A DNA stretch of 37,154 nt from a virus (Duplodnaviria > Caudoviricetes). Each line of letters opens with the position of its first letter. Position 1 is the stretch's first letter. The notes below the pieces were generated by a model. That model ran no database searches. It saw only the letters and a program-made list of their open reading frames with translations, and was not told where the DNA came from. A program made the position numbers and the translations under genes. The stretch covers positions 1-37,154 of IMG/VR virus record IMGVR_UViG_3300032247_001727; one strand, 5' to 3'. Shown here piece after piece: positions 17,141 through 26,035 of this stretch.

Positions 17141-17329
17141 CGTACGCGTACGCGCACCTGTGCGCGCCTGGACGTGTGCGCGCACGCACACACGCGTACA
17201 CACGCCTGCGTATACACGCGTATGCACGCACACATACGCATGTATACGCACGCACACACGCGTACACACGCCTGCGTACACACGCGTATGCACGCACACA
17301 CACGCGTATACGCACACGCACGCACGCAT
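17141..17329. repeat. Alternating purine-pyrimidine tract 1 with a 66-bp internal duplication
   Basis: Mostly CA/CG/TA dinucleotides; the unit at 17181 recurs at 17247. Confidence 0.9.
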
Positions 17330-17414
17330 AAGCGCCCATGTACGCAAAAGCGTTTTAATTCGCCGCGGGAACCGGCCAACGCCGCGCCCTGAAGGGGTCT
17401 TCCGGACGTTTTAA

Positions 17415-17437
17415 AACGCTGGCAAGGTGGATACAGC
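17415..17437 (+). repeat. 23-bp direct repeat, copy 1 (AACGCTGGCAAGGTGGATACAGC)
   Basis: Identical to 18716-18738. Confidence 0.9.
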
Positions 17438-17486
17438 GGAAGGGGGGCTAGAGTGGCTTTAAATCGCCTTTAAACGCGTTCTGGGC

Positions 17487-17522
17487 AAAAGAAAAGGGGC
17501 ACCCCTGTAAAAGGATGCCCCT
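17487..17522 (-). terminator. Intrinsic terminator of the two-gene cassette
   Basis: Minus strand AGGGGCATCCT...GGGTGCCCCT stem followed by TTTCTTTT, just downstream of the stop at 17544. Confidence 0.7.
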
Positions 17523-17543
17523 GTGGACCGAACCAAACCGGTT

Positions 17544-17804
17544 TTACTTTTTGCGCTTTGAAACCCAGAACGAACAACCAAAGCGCCCCACCTTCAGGAA
17601 GTAGATGCCCCCGATTTTCCGGAAACTTACTTCCCAAAGCCAGAACCGGCGAAGCGAGAATCGGCGCCGGTTTACTGGGCGCCTATGTTCTCGGATAACA
17701 TCTGGAATGAGAAGCGCCAAAGCGCCAAGAAGAGGCGCCCAGATAAGCGCCTGTGCGAAGGTTGCTGCAGTTAAACCGAGTTGGAATTCTAGAGAATCGA
17801 TCAT
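17544..17804 (-). CDS. Small membrane-anchored basic protein
   Basis: N-terminal hydrophobic helix; C-terminal RKIGGIYFLKVGRFGCSF. Confidence 0.6.
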   Translation of the reverse strand: MIDSLEFQLGLTAATFAQALIWAPLLGALALLIPDVIREHRRPVNRRRFSLRRFWLWEVSFRKIGGIYFLKVGRFGCSFWVSKRKK

Positions 17805-17821
17805 AAAATCGTGCAGGTTAA

Positions 17822-18556
17822 CTAGTTAAGGGCGGCGGTTGCTTTTTTGGTTTTGTATCCATGCACGCGTATCCAAATGGAAGGCAATGCCTTGGAACGC
17901 TTTGCGCTTCTTTCGGTGCCATCGCACAAACCGCACTCTGTGCAGGTTAAACCGCGGGAATCAGCAAGGCATTCAATCCCAGCGCCTTCCGGTTGCGCGC
18001 CTTCCGGAAACACGGTGAAGGTTCGCAACCCCAGAGCTTGTGCTTGTGCTACGTTCCAAGGTTCAGCGGATGCCATAAAAAAGCGCCCGTATGCTTTCGC
18101 TTCCGCGGTGCTCATCTCTTTCCAGTTGTGGAAGTATCCGGTGTGCTTAAACGCAAGGGATGCAATGCTTTCCACGATTGCAAGCGGTATCAGAGATGGG
18201 TTTCCGTAAGCTCCAAACCGAACGCTTTTACCTTTCCAGAACGCGTTCCATTCCAGAGAGTTAAACGCCAAGGAAGGATATTCGTTCCTTTGGAATTTGT
18301 TCCAGATTGCCATTAAAGGCATGGGGGCGACATAACATCCTTTGCCAGAGGCAAATGGGCATCCGGAACACTGAAGAGAAGCGTCTTTTCCGGTTTGAAT
18401 CGATTCAACCGGATGAAGGTTTCGGTCTAGAATCCAGATTTGGATCATGTTTCCGGTTTTACTGTTAGTGCTTCCGGTTGTGGCGATTGCAACGGTGTTC
18501 CAGTCTGACCAAAGGATGAAACCGGACTCGTAGTGGTGTAGGGTAGTAGTTTGCAT
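17822..18556 (-). CDS. Cys-rich, probably Fe-S or metal-binding phage protein (244 aa from ATG 18556)
   Basis: N.KTG.MIQ..IL, CSGCP....GCYV, VRFGAYG.P, TGY.H.W, FMAS.E and C......TCTECGLC...I..HG; a promoter sits just upstream of ATG 18556. Confidence 0.75.
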   Translation of the reverse strand: MQTTTLHHYESGFILWSDWNTVAIATTGSTNSKTGNMIQIWILDRNLHPVESIQTGKDASLQCSGCPFASGKGCYVAPMPLMAIWNKFQRNEYPSLAFNSLEWNAFWKGKSVRFGAYGNPSLIPLAIVESIASLAFKHTGYFHNWKEMSTAEAKAYGRFFMASAEPWNVAQAQALGLRTFTVFPEGAQPEGAGIECLADSRGLTCTECGLCDGTERSAKRSKALPSIWIRVHGYKTKKATAALN

Positions 18557-18566
18557 AAGCGAGCCG

Positions 18567-18605
18567 ATAATACGGAAACCTAACGCAAAGCACAATAGGT
18601 TTCCG
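18567..18605 (-). promoter_or_regulatory. Sigma70-type promoter overlapped by a 10-bp inverted repeat
   Basis: Minus strand TTGTGC-N17-TATTAT-N10-ATG; CGGAAACCTA-N13-TAGGTTTCCG at 18573-18605. Confidence 0.6.
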
Positions 18606-18715
18606 CAAAAAAGCGGCGGAAACCTAGAAACCGCGGCGGAAACCGTAAACCGAACGGGAAACCGAAACGGAACCACCCTAGAATTGCACAGAAACGGCCC
18701 TTCCGCAGCTTCCGG

Positions 18716-18738
18716 AACGCTGGCAAGGTGGATACAGC
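18716..18738 (+). repeat. 23-bp direct repeat, copy 2
   Basis: Identical to 17415-17437. Confidence 0.9.
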
Positions 18739-18802
18739 AGACACACCACCAGGCGGGCCTTTAAGGGCCGTTTCCGGCGCTCCAATCGCGTACGTCGCCA
18801 GG

Positions 18803-18997
18803 CGCACGCGCACACGGGCGCGCATCACGCCACTGGCACGCACGCACGCACGCACGCACGCACGGGCGCCCGTGTACGCACACGCACACACGCACACGCA
18901 CACACGCACACGCACACACGCACACACGCACACGCGCACACGCGCACACGCGCACGCGCACCCGCGCACGCGCACACGCGCACGCGCACCCGCACGC
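18803..18997. repeat. Alternating purine-pyrimidine tract 2, (GCAC)n/(CA,CG)n
   Basis: About 90 bp of uninterrupted alternation at about 18871-18961, within a longer imperfect tract. Confidence 0.9.
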
Positions 18998-19128
18998 CTA
19001 CCCGCGGGGGCCCGCGCCCCCCTGCGCCCCTGCGCCCGTCCCATAGATATCCCTATGCACCCAACCCCCGCGTTTTGGTCTAAAAATAAAATGCTTGCGT
19101 TTACGCCAGTCCCGTTCAGAGTTGGGGT

Positions 19129-19449
19129 ATGGGAAAAACCGGTGGACGCCTGGGCAGTGTAAAGATGGCAATGTCGTTGCGAGACGACATTATGAAGGCT
19201 TATGAGGAGGCTGGAGGTGTAGAGTATTTGATTTCGATGGCACATACGGATCCGCGGACGTTTGTTGGGTTGCTGCATAAGGTGTTGCCAACGCAGATAG
19301 CGGGGATGAAGGATGAGCCTTTAAAGCTGGAACTTAGTGAGATGAGTGATGATCAGTTATCACTGAAGGTGGCTGAGATCATGGGTGCTTGTAAGAAGCA
19401 GGGAATTTTGGGAGACGTAATAACAATTGAAGCTGAAGTAGTTAAATAG
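19129..19449 (+). CDS. terS: Putative terminase small subunit
   Basis: AY...GGVEYL...A..DP..F..LL.KVLP motif; first gene of the packaging operon; exact start uncertain. Confidence 0.65.
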   Translation: MGKTGGRLGSVKMAMSLRDDIMKAYEEAGGVEYLISMAHTDPRTFVGLLHKVLPTQIAGMKDEPLKLELSEMSDDQLSLKVAEIMGACKKQGILGDVITIEAEVVK

Positions 19450-19477
19450 CATTTATATAGCGAATAGAAACTGGAAT

Positions 19478-19864
19478 ATGGCGAATCTAAACAAGGTGAT
19501 GTTGATAGGGAATCTGACGCGAGATCCAGAGCTAAAGCATCTGCCGAATGGGAGTGCGATTGCGGAGTATGGGTTGGCGATTAACCGGAATTGGACAGAT
19601 CCTGCAGGTAACAAGAAGGAGGAGGCTACGTTTGTGGATGTGGTGATGTTTGGGAAGGTGGCTGAGATTGCGGGGAAGTGGTTAAAAAAGGGGAAGCCGG
19701 TGTATGTGGAGGGCCGGTTGAAGTTGGAGCAGTGGGAGAAGGACGGGGAGAAGCGCAGTAAACTGCGTGTGATTGGCGAGATGATGCAGATGCTTGGGAG
19801 TGCGCCGGAGAAGACCGGTAAGCCCACTCAAGACGAGGACGACTCGGAGAACACACCGTTTTAA
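19478..19864 (+). CDS. ssb: Single-stranded DNA-binding protein
   Basis: LNKVMLIGNLTRDPEL, LKKG..VYVEGRL and acidic tail DDDSENTPF. Confidence 0.95.
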   Translation: MANLNKVMLIGNLTRDPELKHLPNGSAIAEYGLAINRNWTDPAGNKKEEATFVDVVMFGKVAEIAGKWLKKGKPVYVEGRLKLEQWEKDGEKRSKLRVIGEMMQMLGSAPEKTGKPTQDEDDSENTPF

Positions 19865-21397
19865 ATGAGTGAGTCTAAGAAACGGGGGAGACCCAAAAAA
19901 TCAGCATCGGCGCCGGAACCAGAGGTGATACCGGTACCCGAGGCGCCCCCTGCGCCCCAGGGTGAGGAGTTAAAAAAACTGCTCGCGTTGGCGTTGGAGG
20001 AGAAGCTCCGGCGTGCGAAGGAAAGAAAAATCCAGATGTACTATCCGGACGAGGGACCGATCCGGCGTGAGTTGTATCCAAAGCACATTGCATTTTTCAG
20101 TGCTGGTTTAAAGTACCGTGAGCGGTTGATGATGGCGGCAAACCGTATTGGGAAGACCGAGGGAATTGGGGGATACGAACTGGCATTGCATTTGACTGGC
20201 CGGTATCCAGAGTGGTGGACTGGGCGCCGGTTCAAGAAAGGAATTTCGGCTTGGGCGGCAGGGGATACGGGGAAGACGACCCGCGATATTTTGCAGTTGA
20301 AATTGATGGGCGCCCCAGGAAACTACGGGACGGGCCTGTTACCCAAGGAAGATATTTTGCGGACGACCTCAAAGGCGGGGGTGGCAGAGGCGCTGGAAAT
20401 TGTGGTGGTGCGGCACCAGAGCGGGGATGAAAGCCGGTTGGTATTTAAAAGTTACGACCAGAGGCGTGAAGCGTTTCAAGGAACGGAGCAGGATATCATC
20501 TGGTTGGACGAGGAACCTCCGCTTGATGTGTATACGGAGTGCGTTCTGCGAACGATGACCAACGATGGGATGACGATGCTGACGTTCACGCCTCTTATGG
20601 GGATGAGTGAGACGGTGATGGCATTCCTGCAGGATGGGGAGGTAGTGGAGCGTGCGGATGGGTCGAAGTTTGTGGGGATGGCGACCTGGGACGATGTGCC
20701 GCATCTCAGCGACGAGCAGAAGAAAGAACTCTGGCAGTCAATTCCACCATTCCAGCGGGATGCGCGTTCCAAGGGGGTGCCTCAGTTGGGCGCCGGTGCG
20801 ATTTATCCGGTGCCTGAGAGTGACATTGTGGTGCCGGATTTTGAGATACCGGATCACTGGCCCAGGGCGTATGGGATGGATGTGGGCTGGAACCGGACTG
20901 CCGCGGTGTTTGCTGCGCTGGATCAAGACAGTGGATGCGCGTACCTATACTCGGAGCATTACAGGGGGCAGGCGGAACCAGCGATTCATGCGGAGGCGAT
21001 TCGGGCGCGAGGAATAGGACTGCCAGGAGTGATTGATCCGGCCAGTCGCGGACGGGCGCAGGGAGACGGGCAGCAGTTGTTTTCGAGGTACAAGGCGCTG
21101 GGACTGGATCTGGCAGTGGCGAACAATGCGGTCGAGACGGGCCTGTACGATGTGTGGCAGAGGATGAGCACTGGCAGGTTGAAGGTGTTTAAGAGTCTGA
21201 ACAACTGGGTATCAGAATTTCGGTTGTACCGGCGTGACACAAATGGGAAGGTAGTGAAGGAACACGACCATTTGATGGATGCCACTCGCTATTTGGTGGT
21301 GAGCGGACTGAATCGAGCGGGACAGGCCAAGGCGCGGGCGCGAAATGCTGGCGTTGCGTTGTTGCCTGTAAAGAGTTTTTTTGCTAGGTCACAGTAA
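19865..21397 (+). CDS. terL: Terminase large subunit (P22 gp2-like)
   Basis: MAANRIGKT Walker A, IWLDEE Walker B, TFTP, GMDVGW and DHLMDATRY nuclease motifs. Confidence 0.93.
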   Translation: MSESKKRGRPKKSASAPEPEVIPVPEAPPAPQGEELKKLLALALEEKLRRAKERKIQMYYPDEGPIRRELYPKHIAFFSAGLKYRERLMMAANRIGKTEGIGGYELALHLTGRYPEWWTGRRFKKGISAWAAGDTGKTTRDILQLKLMGAPGNYGTGLLPKEDILRTTSKAGVAEALEIVVVRHQSGDESRLVFKSYDQRREAFQGTEQDIIWLDEEPPLDVYTECVLRTMTNDGMTMLTFTPLMGMSETVMAFLQDGEVVERADGSKFVGMATWDDVPHLSDEQKKELWQSIPPFQRDARSKGVPQLGAGAIYPVPESDIVVPDFEIPDHWPRAYGMDVGWNRTAAVFAALDQDSGCAYLYSEHYRGQAEPAIHAEAIRARGIGLPGVIDPASRGRAQGDGQQLFSRYKALGLDLAVANNAVETGLYDVWQRMSTGRLKVFKSLNNWVSEFRLYRRDTNGKVVKEHDHLMDATRYLVVSGLNRAGQAKARARNAGVALLPVKSFFARSQ

Positions 21398-21402
21398 CGA
21401 TT

Positions 21403-23496
21403 ATGAGTAAAGAAACGAAGTTAGCTGATATTCATCAGGAAGCGGTGCGCGAATTCGATGTGATTCAAGCGGCACTTCGTAACGAACGGTTGCTCTGTTT
21501 GCAGGACCGGCGCTTTACTTCGATAGCTGGAGCGCAGTGGGAAGGGCCGTTGGGGGATCAGTTTGAAAACAAGCCGCGGTTTGAGGTGAATAAAGTACAC
21601 ATGAGTGTATTGCGAGTGTGTAATGAGTACCGAAATAATCGAATCACGGTAGCTTTTGCCTCTAAAGAGGACGGGGAATACGATAAACTGGCTGATACCT
21701 GTGCTGGTTTGTATCGAGCGGACGAGCAGTACAGTGGGGCGCAGGAAGCGTATGATAATGCGTTTGAGGAAGCGGTCACCGGCGGGATTGGCGCCTGGAG
21801 ATTAAGAACTGAGTATGCGTATCCTGAGGACGCGGATGACGAGAGGCAGAGGATTCGGATTGAACCGATTTATGACGCGGACAGTAGCGTTTTTTGGGAT
21901 CTAAACGGGAAGCGGTATGATAAATCGGACGCTAAACGGTGTTTTGTACTGTATTCGATGACTCCGGCGGCGTATCGGGAGGAGTTTGGCGATGATCCAT
22001 CATCCTGGCCTAAGACGATCCAGCAGTTGCGCTTCGACTGGTTGACTCCGGACGTTGTATATGTGTGCGAGTACTACCGAATTGAAGAAATGACCGAGAC
22101 AGTGACGTATGTGAAGAGTCTGATGGGCGAGGAAAAGACGTTGTCTGAGGCTGAGATGGAGAATGACTGGCCTATGCTAAAAAAATTAGGCTGGAAAAAG
22201 GTGCGCGAGAAGAAGTTAAAGCAGCAGAAGTGCCATAAGTACATCATGTCCGGCAACAGTGTGTTGGAAGATTGTGGAGTACTGGCCGGAAACAACATTC
22301 CGATCGTTCCGGTGTACGGAAAACGGTGGTTTGTGGACAACGTCGAGCGTTGCATGGGGCATATCCGGCTTGCAAAAGACGTTCAGCGTCTGAAGAATAT
22401 GCAATTGTCCAAACTGGCCGAGATCAGTGCGATTTCGTCAGTTGAAAAACCGATCTTTACACCTGAACAGGTTGCCGGTCACCAGGTGATGTGGTCCGAG
22501 GACAACCTCCGGAACTTCCCTTACCTGCTGGTCAATCCATTGACCGATATGAACGGCAATCAGCAGGCCGCGGGGCCGATTGCGTACACCAAATCACCTA
22601 CTCCGCCCCCTGCGATGGCGGCACTGCTGCAGATCACCGAGATCGATATGCAAGAGGTGCTTGGGAACGGTCAGAACGCTGAGAAGATGCTCTCGCACGT
22701 TACTGGCAAGGCAGTGGATATGATTCAGAATGCTCTGAGCAATCAGAGCTTCATCTACATGGACAACATGGGCCGGTCTATCAAGCGGTCTGGCGAGATC
22801 TGGCTGTCAATGGCGCGGGATGTGTTCATCGAGAGCGACCGAAAGATGAAGACCATTGCCAGCAACGGGAAGGTGGAACTCATCAAGCTGATGCAACCCA
22901 CCATGAACCAGAATACGGGCGAGATCGAGATGGAGAACGATATGACCAAGGCCGTGTTTGATGTAATCGTGGAAGTTGGCCCTACCAGTGCCAGCAAGCG
23001 CACGTCTACGGTCAAATCGTTGACTGGGATGATGGCAATGACTCAAGACCCAGAGATGCTGAAGGTGCTTTCTTCCATGATTATGATGAACATGGAGGGA
23101 GAAGGCATTGGTGATGTGCGAGAATACTTCCGGAAACAGTTGCTTCGTATGGGTGTGGTTAAACCTACTGAACAGGAGAAGCAAGAGATGATGGCAGAGA
23201 TGCAGAATCAAACGCCTACACCTGAACATACTTACATTATGGCCGCGGCAGACAAAGAAACGGCAGCAGCAGTCAAGGCTAGGGCCGATACCATTTTGAT
23301 CGCCGCTAAAGCGGACGAGCAACACGCCAAGGCGTTGGAAACACTTTCCAGGGTGGATTTGAACCACCTTGAGATGGTGCAGCGAGCAGTACCTTCCTTT
23401 ATCCCGCAAGGCGGGGTACAGGGATCTCCTGCTGCTGCTGCGCCAATGCAGCAACCACAACCTCCTGCACCTGTGCAGAGCAACCCGCAACCATGA
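21403..23496 (+). CDS. Portal protein (P22 gp1-like)
   Basis: D.RF....G.QW, PRFEVNK, GG.GAWRL, IPIVPVYG and helical C-terminal barrel; follows terL. Confidence 0.92.
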   Translation: MSKETKLADIHQEAVREFDVIQAALRNERLLCLQDRRFTSIAGAQWEGPLGDQFENKPRFEVNKVHMSVLRVCNEYRNNRITVAFASKEDGEYDKLADTCAGLYRADEQYSGAQEAYDNAFEEAVTGGIGAWRLRTEYAYPEDADDERQRIRIEPIYDADSSVFWDLNGKRYDKSDAKRCFVLYSMTPAAYREEFGDDPSSWPKTIQQLRFDWLTPDVVYVCEYYRIEEMTETVTYVKSLMGEEKTLSEAEMENDWPMLKKLGWKKVREKKLKQQKCHKYIMSGNSVLEDCGVLAGNNIPIVPVYGKRWFVDNVERCMGHIRLAKDVQRLKNMQLSKLAEISAISSVEKPIFTPEQVAGHQVMWSEDNLRNFPYLLVNPLTDMNGNQQAAGPIAYTKSPTPPPAMAALLQITEIDMQEVLGNGQNAEKMLSHVTGKAVDMIQNALSNQSFIYMDNMGRSIKRSGEIWLSMARDVFIESDRKMKTIASNGKVELIKLMQPTMNQNTGEIEMENDMTKAVFDVIVEVGPTSASKRTSTVKSLTGMMAMTQDPEMLKVLSSMIMMNMEGEGIGDVREYFRKQLLRMGVVKPTEQEKQEMMAEMQNQTPTPEHTYIMAAADKETAAAVKARADTILIAAKADEQHAKALETLSRVDLNHLEMVQRAVPSFIPQGGVQGSPAAAAPMQQPQPPAPVQSNPQP

Positions 23497-24353
23497 TAGA
23501 CGAACCTGAAGACAAAAACCTGGAAGTTGAAGTACCAAAAGTTGAAACTCCGAGTGAACCCGTTGAGCTTACAGAACCTGAGTTGGAAACGGACTCGCAA
23601 GAGGAACCAACGGAACCTGTTGATGACGTTGTCGTTTCCATCGCCGGTGAAGAACCAGACGACGAAGACAAACAACCTGCACCTCAATGGGTGCGAGACG
23701 TTAGAAAGAAAAACCGAGAGCTTCAACGGGAAAATCGAGAGTTACAGGACCGCATTAAAGCAGCAAATCCTGTTGAGCAAGTCGCCCTGGGTACAAAGCC
23801 AACTCTGGAAACTTGTGACTTCGACACTAATGTCTACGAATCTCAGTTGGAACAATGGTACAACCGAAAACGTGAGGTTGAAGATCGTGAACGAGTAGTC
23901 CGGCAGCAGCAGGAAACTGAACAGCAGGCTTGGCAGCAGAAAGTTAATAATTACGCCACCGGAAAACAATCGTTTGGTGCTACGGATTACGATGAAGCGG
24001 AAGCAGTCGTAAACGATACTTTTTCTATTGCTCAACAAGGAATTTTGTTGCAGGGCAGTGAAAATCCCGTACAACTCATTTACGCACTAGGAAAGAATCC
24101 TAAGAAAGCAAAAGAACTAGCTGAGTTAAAAGATCCGGTTCAGTTTTCATTTGCTGTAGCAAAGTTAGAAACTCGCATAACTGTGGAAAAGAAAAAATCA
24201 ACTCCTCCTCCTCCTGAACGGAGAGTTTCTGGGACCGGCGCTATGTCCGGAACGGTTGATTCGTCCTTGGAACGGTTGCGGGCAGAAGCAGCAAAAACGG
24301 GCGATTTTACAAAAGTTCTCGCCTACAAAAACCAACTTAAAAACAAACAGTAA
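23493..24353 (+). CDS. Scaffolding protein
   Basis: Acidic N-terminus, coiled coil and C-terminal A.KTGDFTKV.AYK..L coat-binding-like helix pair; lies between portal and coat. Confidence 0.85.
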   Translation: MIDEPEDKNLEVEVPKVETPSEPVELTEPELETDSQEEPTEPVDDVVVSIAGEEPDDEDKQPAPQWVRDVRKKNRELQRENRELQDRIKAANPVEQVALGTKPTLETCDFDTNVYESQLEQWYNRKREVEDRERVVRQQQETEQQAWQQKVNNYATGKQSFGATDYDEAEAVVNDTFSIAQQGILLQGSENPVQLIYALGKNPKKAKELAELKDPVQFSFAVAKLETRITVEKKKSTPPPPERRVSGTGAMSGTVDSSLERLRAEAAKTGDFTKVLAYKNQLKNKQ

Positions 24354-24359
24354 AGTCTT

Positions 24360-25631
24360 ATGGCTAATAATTTTAGTAAGGAAGAACGCGTAGCGTTTGA
24401 AAACATCCTCGAAGGATTCCAGGACGCTTTGGTCCTGTCTCGTCAAGTGTCTGTGTACAACACGGACTCCACTATGATGGAACGTACTAACAATACGATC
24501 TGGCGCCCACAGCCCTACATTGCTCAGTCGTTCTCCGGAACGGATATGACGAGCAACTTCAAGGACTTCACCCAGTTGGCAGTGCCTGCCACCATTGGTT
24601 TTAGCAAATCTGTGCCGTGGAGAATGACTGCGCTCGAACTGCGTGATGCTCTTCAGGAAAACCGTCTCGGTAATGCTGCCAAGCAGAAACTGGCTTCCGA
24701 TATCAACGTAGCGGTGATGAATGTCGCTTCTAATCAGGGAACCCTGGTTGTTTCTCGCGGCAGTGCTGCCACTGGGTTTGATGACGTTGCTCAGATTGAA
24801 GCGATTATGAACGAGCAGGGGGTTCAGGATTTCGAGCGTTGCTTGGCCCTGTCCACTCGCGATTACAACGGCATGGCAAGCAACCTTGCTGCCCGTCAGA
24901 ACCTTGTTGCGAACAAGACGATCACGGCATACGAGAAGTCCCGTATTGGGATGGTGGGATCATTTGATACCTACAAGCTCGATTACGCCAACCGTCTAAC
25001 TCCGGCGGCAGGGGTAAGCGTGACTATCAATGGTGCAAACCAGTGGTACACACCTCGCGCAACGAGCACCGCGTCTACGGGCGAAGTCAGCAACGTCGAT
25101 AACCGTTACCAGAATCTTAACATCACTGTTGGGTCTGGCACCGTTAAAGTTGGCGATGCATTCACAATCCTTGGCGTTTATGCCGTGCATCACATCACCA
25201 AGGCATCTACCGGCCAGTTGAAGACGTTCCGTGTTACGGGCATCGTCTCCGGTTCCGGTGGAACAGGCACTGTGCAGATCAGCCCTCCTATCATCTCTGG
25301 TGGTGGTGGAACTGACGCTGAACTGGAGTACCAGAATGTCACGGCCACACCGGCTTCCGGTGCGGCTATCACGTTCCTGAACACGGTGACGGCAAACATC
25401 AACCCATTCTGGCAGAAGGATGCAATCGAATTGCTCCCAGGCCGGTATGTGATTCCTCCTGACGCCGGTGTTGCAGTGATGCGCGCCAGCACAGATCAGG
25501 GTATCGAAATCGTGATGCAGAAGTTCTACGATATCAACACAATGGTGACCAAGTATCGTCTGGACTGCTTCTTCGGTGTTGTGAACAAGCAACCCGAAAT
25601 GACCGGCATCATGCTGTTCAGCCAGACCTAA
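24360..25631 (+). CDS. Major capsid protein (P22 gp5-like)
   Basis: MANNFSKEE.V.FE, IWRPQPYIA, VGD.FTI.GV..V..ITK...GQLKTF and C-terminal YRLD..FGV....PE. Confidence 0.92.
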   Translation: MANNFSKEERVAFENILEGFQDALVLSRQVSVYNTDSTMMERTNNTIWRPQPYIAQSFSGTDMTSNFKDFTQLAVPATIGFSKSVPWRMTALELRDALQENRLGNAAKQKLASDINVAVMNVASNQGTLVVSRGSAATGFDDVAQIEAIMNEQGVQDFERCLALSTRDYNGMASNLAARQNLVANKTITAYEKSRIGMVGSFDTYKLDYANRLTPAAGVSVTINGANQWYTPRATSTASTGEVSNVDNRYQNLNITVGSGTVKVGDAFTILGVYAVHHITKASTGQLKTFRVTGIVSGSGGTGTVQISPPIISGGGGTDAELEYQNVTATPASGAAITFLNTVTANINPFWQKDAIELLPGRYVIPPDAGVAVMRASTDQGIEIVMQKFYDINTMVTKYRLDCFFGVVNKQPEMTGIMLFSQT

Positions 25632-25653
25632 TTCGTTAGTCTAGGGGTATAGG

Positions 25654-25681
25654 GGAGGGGCAGGAAACTGCCCCTCCTTTC
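25654..25681 (+). terminator. Intrinsic terminator after the coat gene
   Basis: GGAGGGGCAG-GAAA-CTGCCCCTCC perfect stem with a short T run, which would permit read-through. Confidence 0.75.
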
Positions 25682-25692
25682 CCATTGATTTT

Positions 25693-25824
25693 ATGCCACT
25701 CAAAAAAGGTTTATCCAAAAAGACGATCAGCAAAAACATTGCGACTGAAATGCGTGCGGGAAAACCGCAAAAGCAGGCAGTTGCGATTGCGTATGCAACG
25801 GCAGGAAAATCAAAGAAAAAATGA
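25693..25824 (+). CDS. Small Lys-rich protein [43 protein letters not shown] (43 aa, not in ORF track)
   Basis: ATG at 25693; stop overlaps the next ATG (ATGA); a motif I recognise from phage head regions. Confidence 0.8.
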   Translation: MPLKKGLSKKTISKNIATEMRAGKPQKQAVAIAYATAGKSKKK

Positions 25825-26033
25825 AAGTTCAAGTTCTCGGCAATGAAACAATGCTTTACCGGCATCCTGGGTCGCATCATATTCACGGTGATCTTTTCGA
25901 TTACACTGTGGTTGACGTTTCACGCGAAGGAGTGCTTGACCTTGCACTCAAAGAAGGATGGTATCTGACTCCGGCAGAGGCAAAGGCCGCGGCAAAGCCT
26001 CCAGAAAAGCAATCTGACAAGAAAAAGAACTGA
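25821..26033 (+). CDS. Small head-region protein
   Basis: MLYR.PG...DY.VVD...L.EGW..TP.EA; coupled start. Confidence 0.7.
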   Translation: MKVQVLGNETMLYRHPGSHHIHGDLFDYTVVDVSREGVLDLALKEGWYLTPAEAKAAAKPPEKQSDKKKN

Positions 26034-26035
26034 TT

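Noticed and set aside
16933-17414. Several ORFs with HTR/VCA repeats, also at 18580-19278
   Set aside because: Translations of dinucleotide-repeat DNA that are open in most frames and show no protein-like features.
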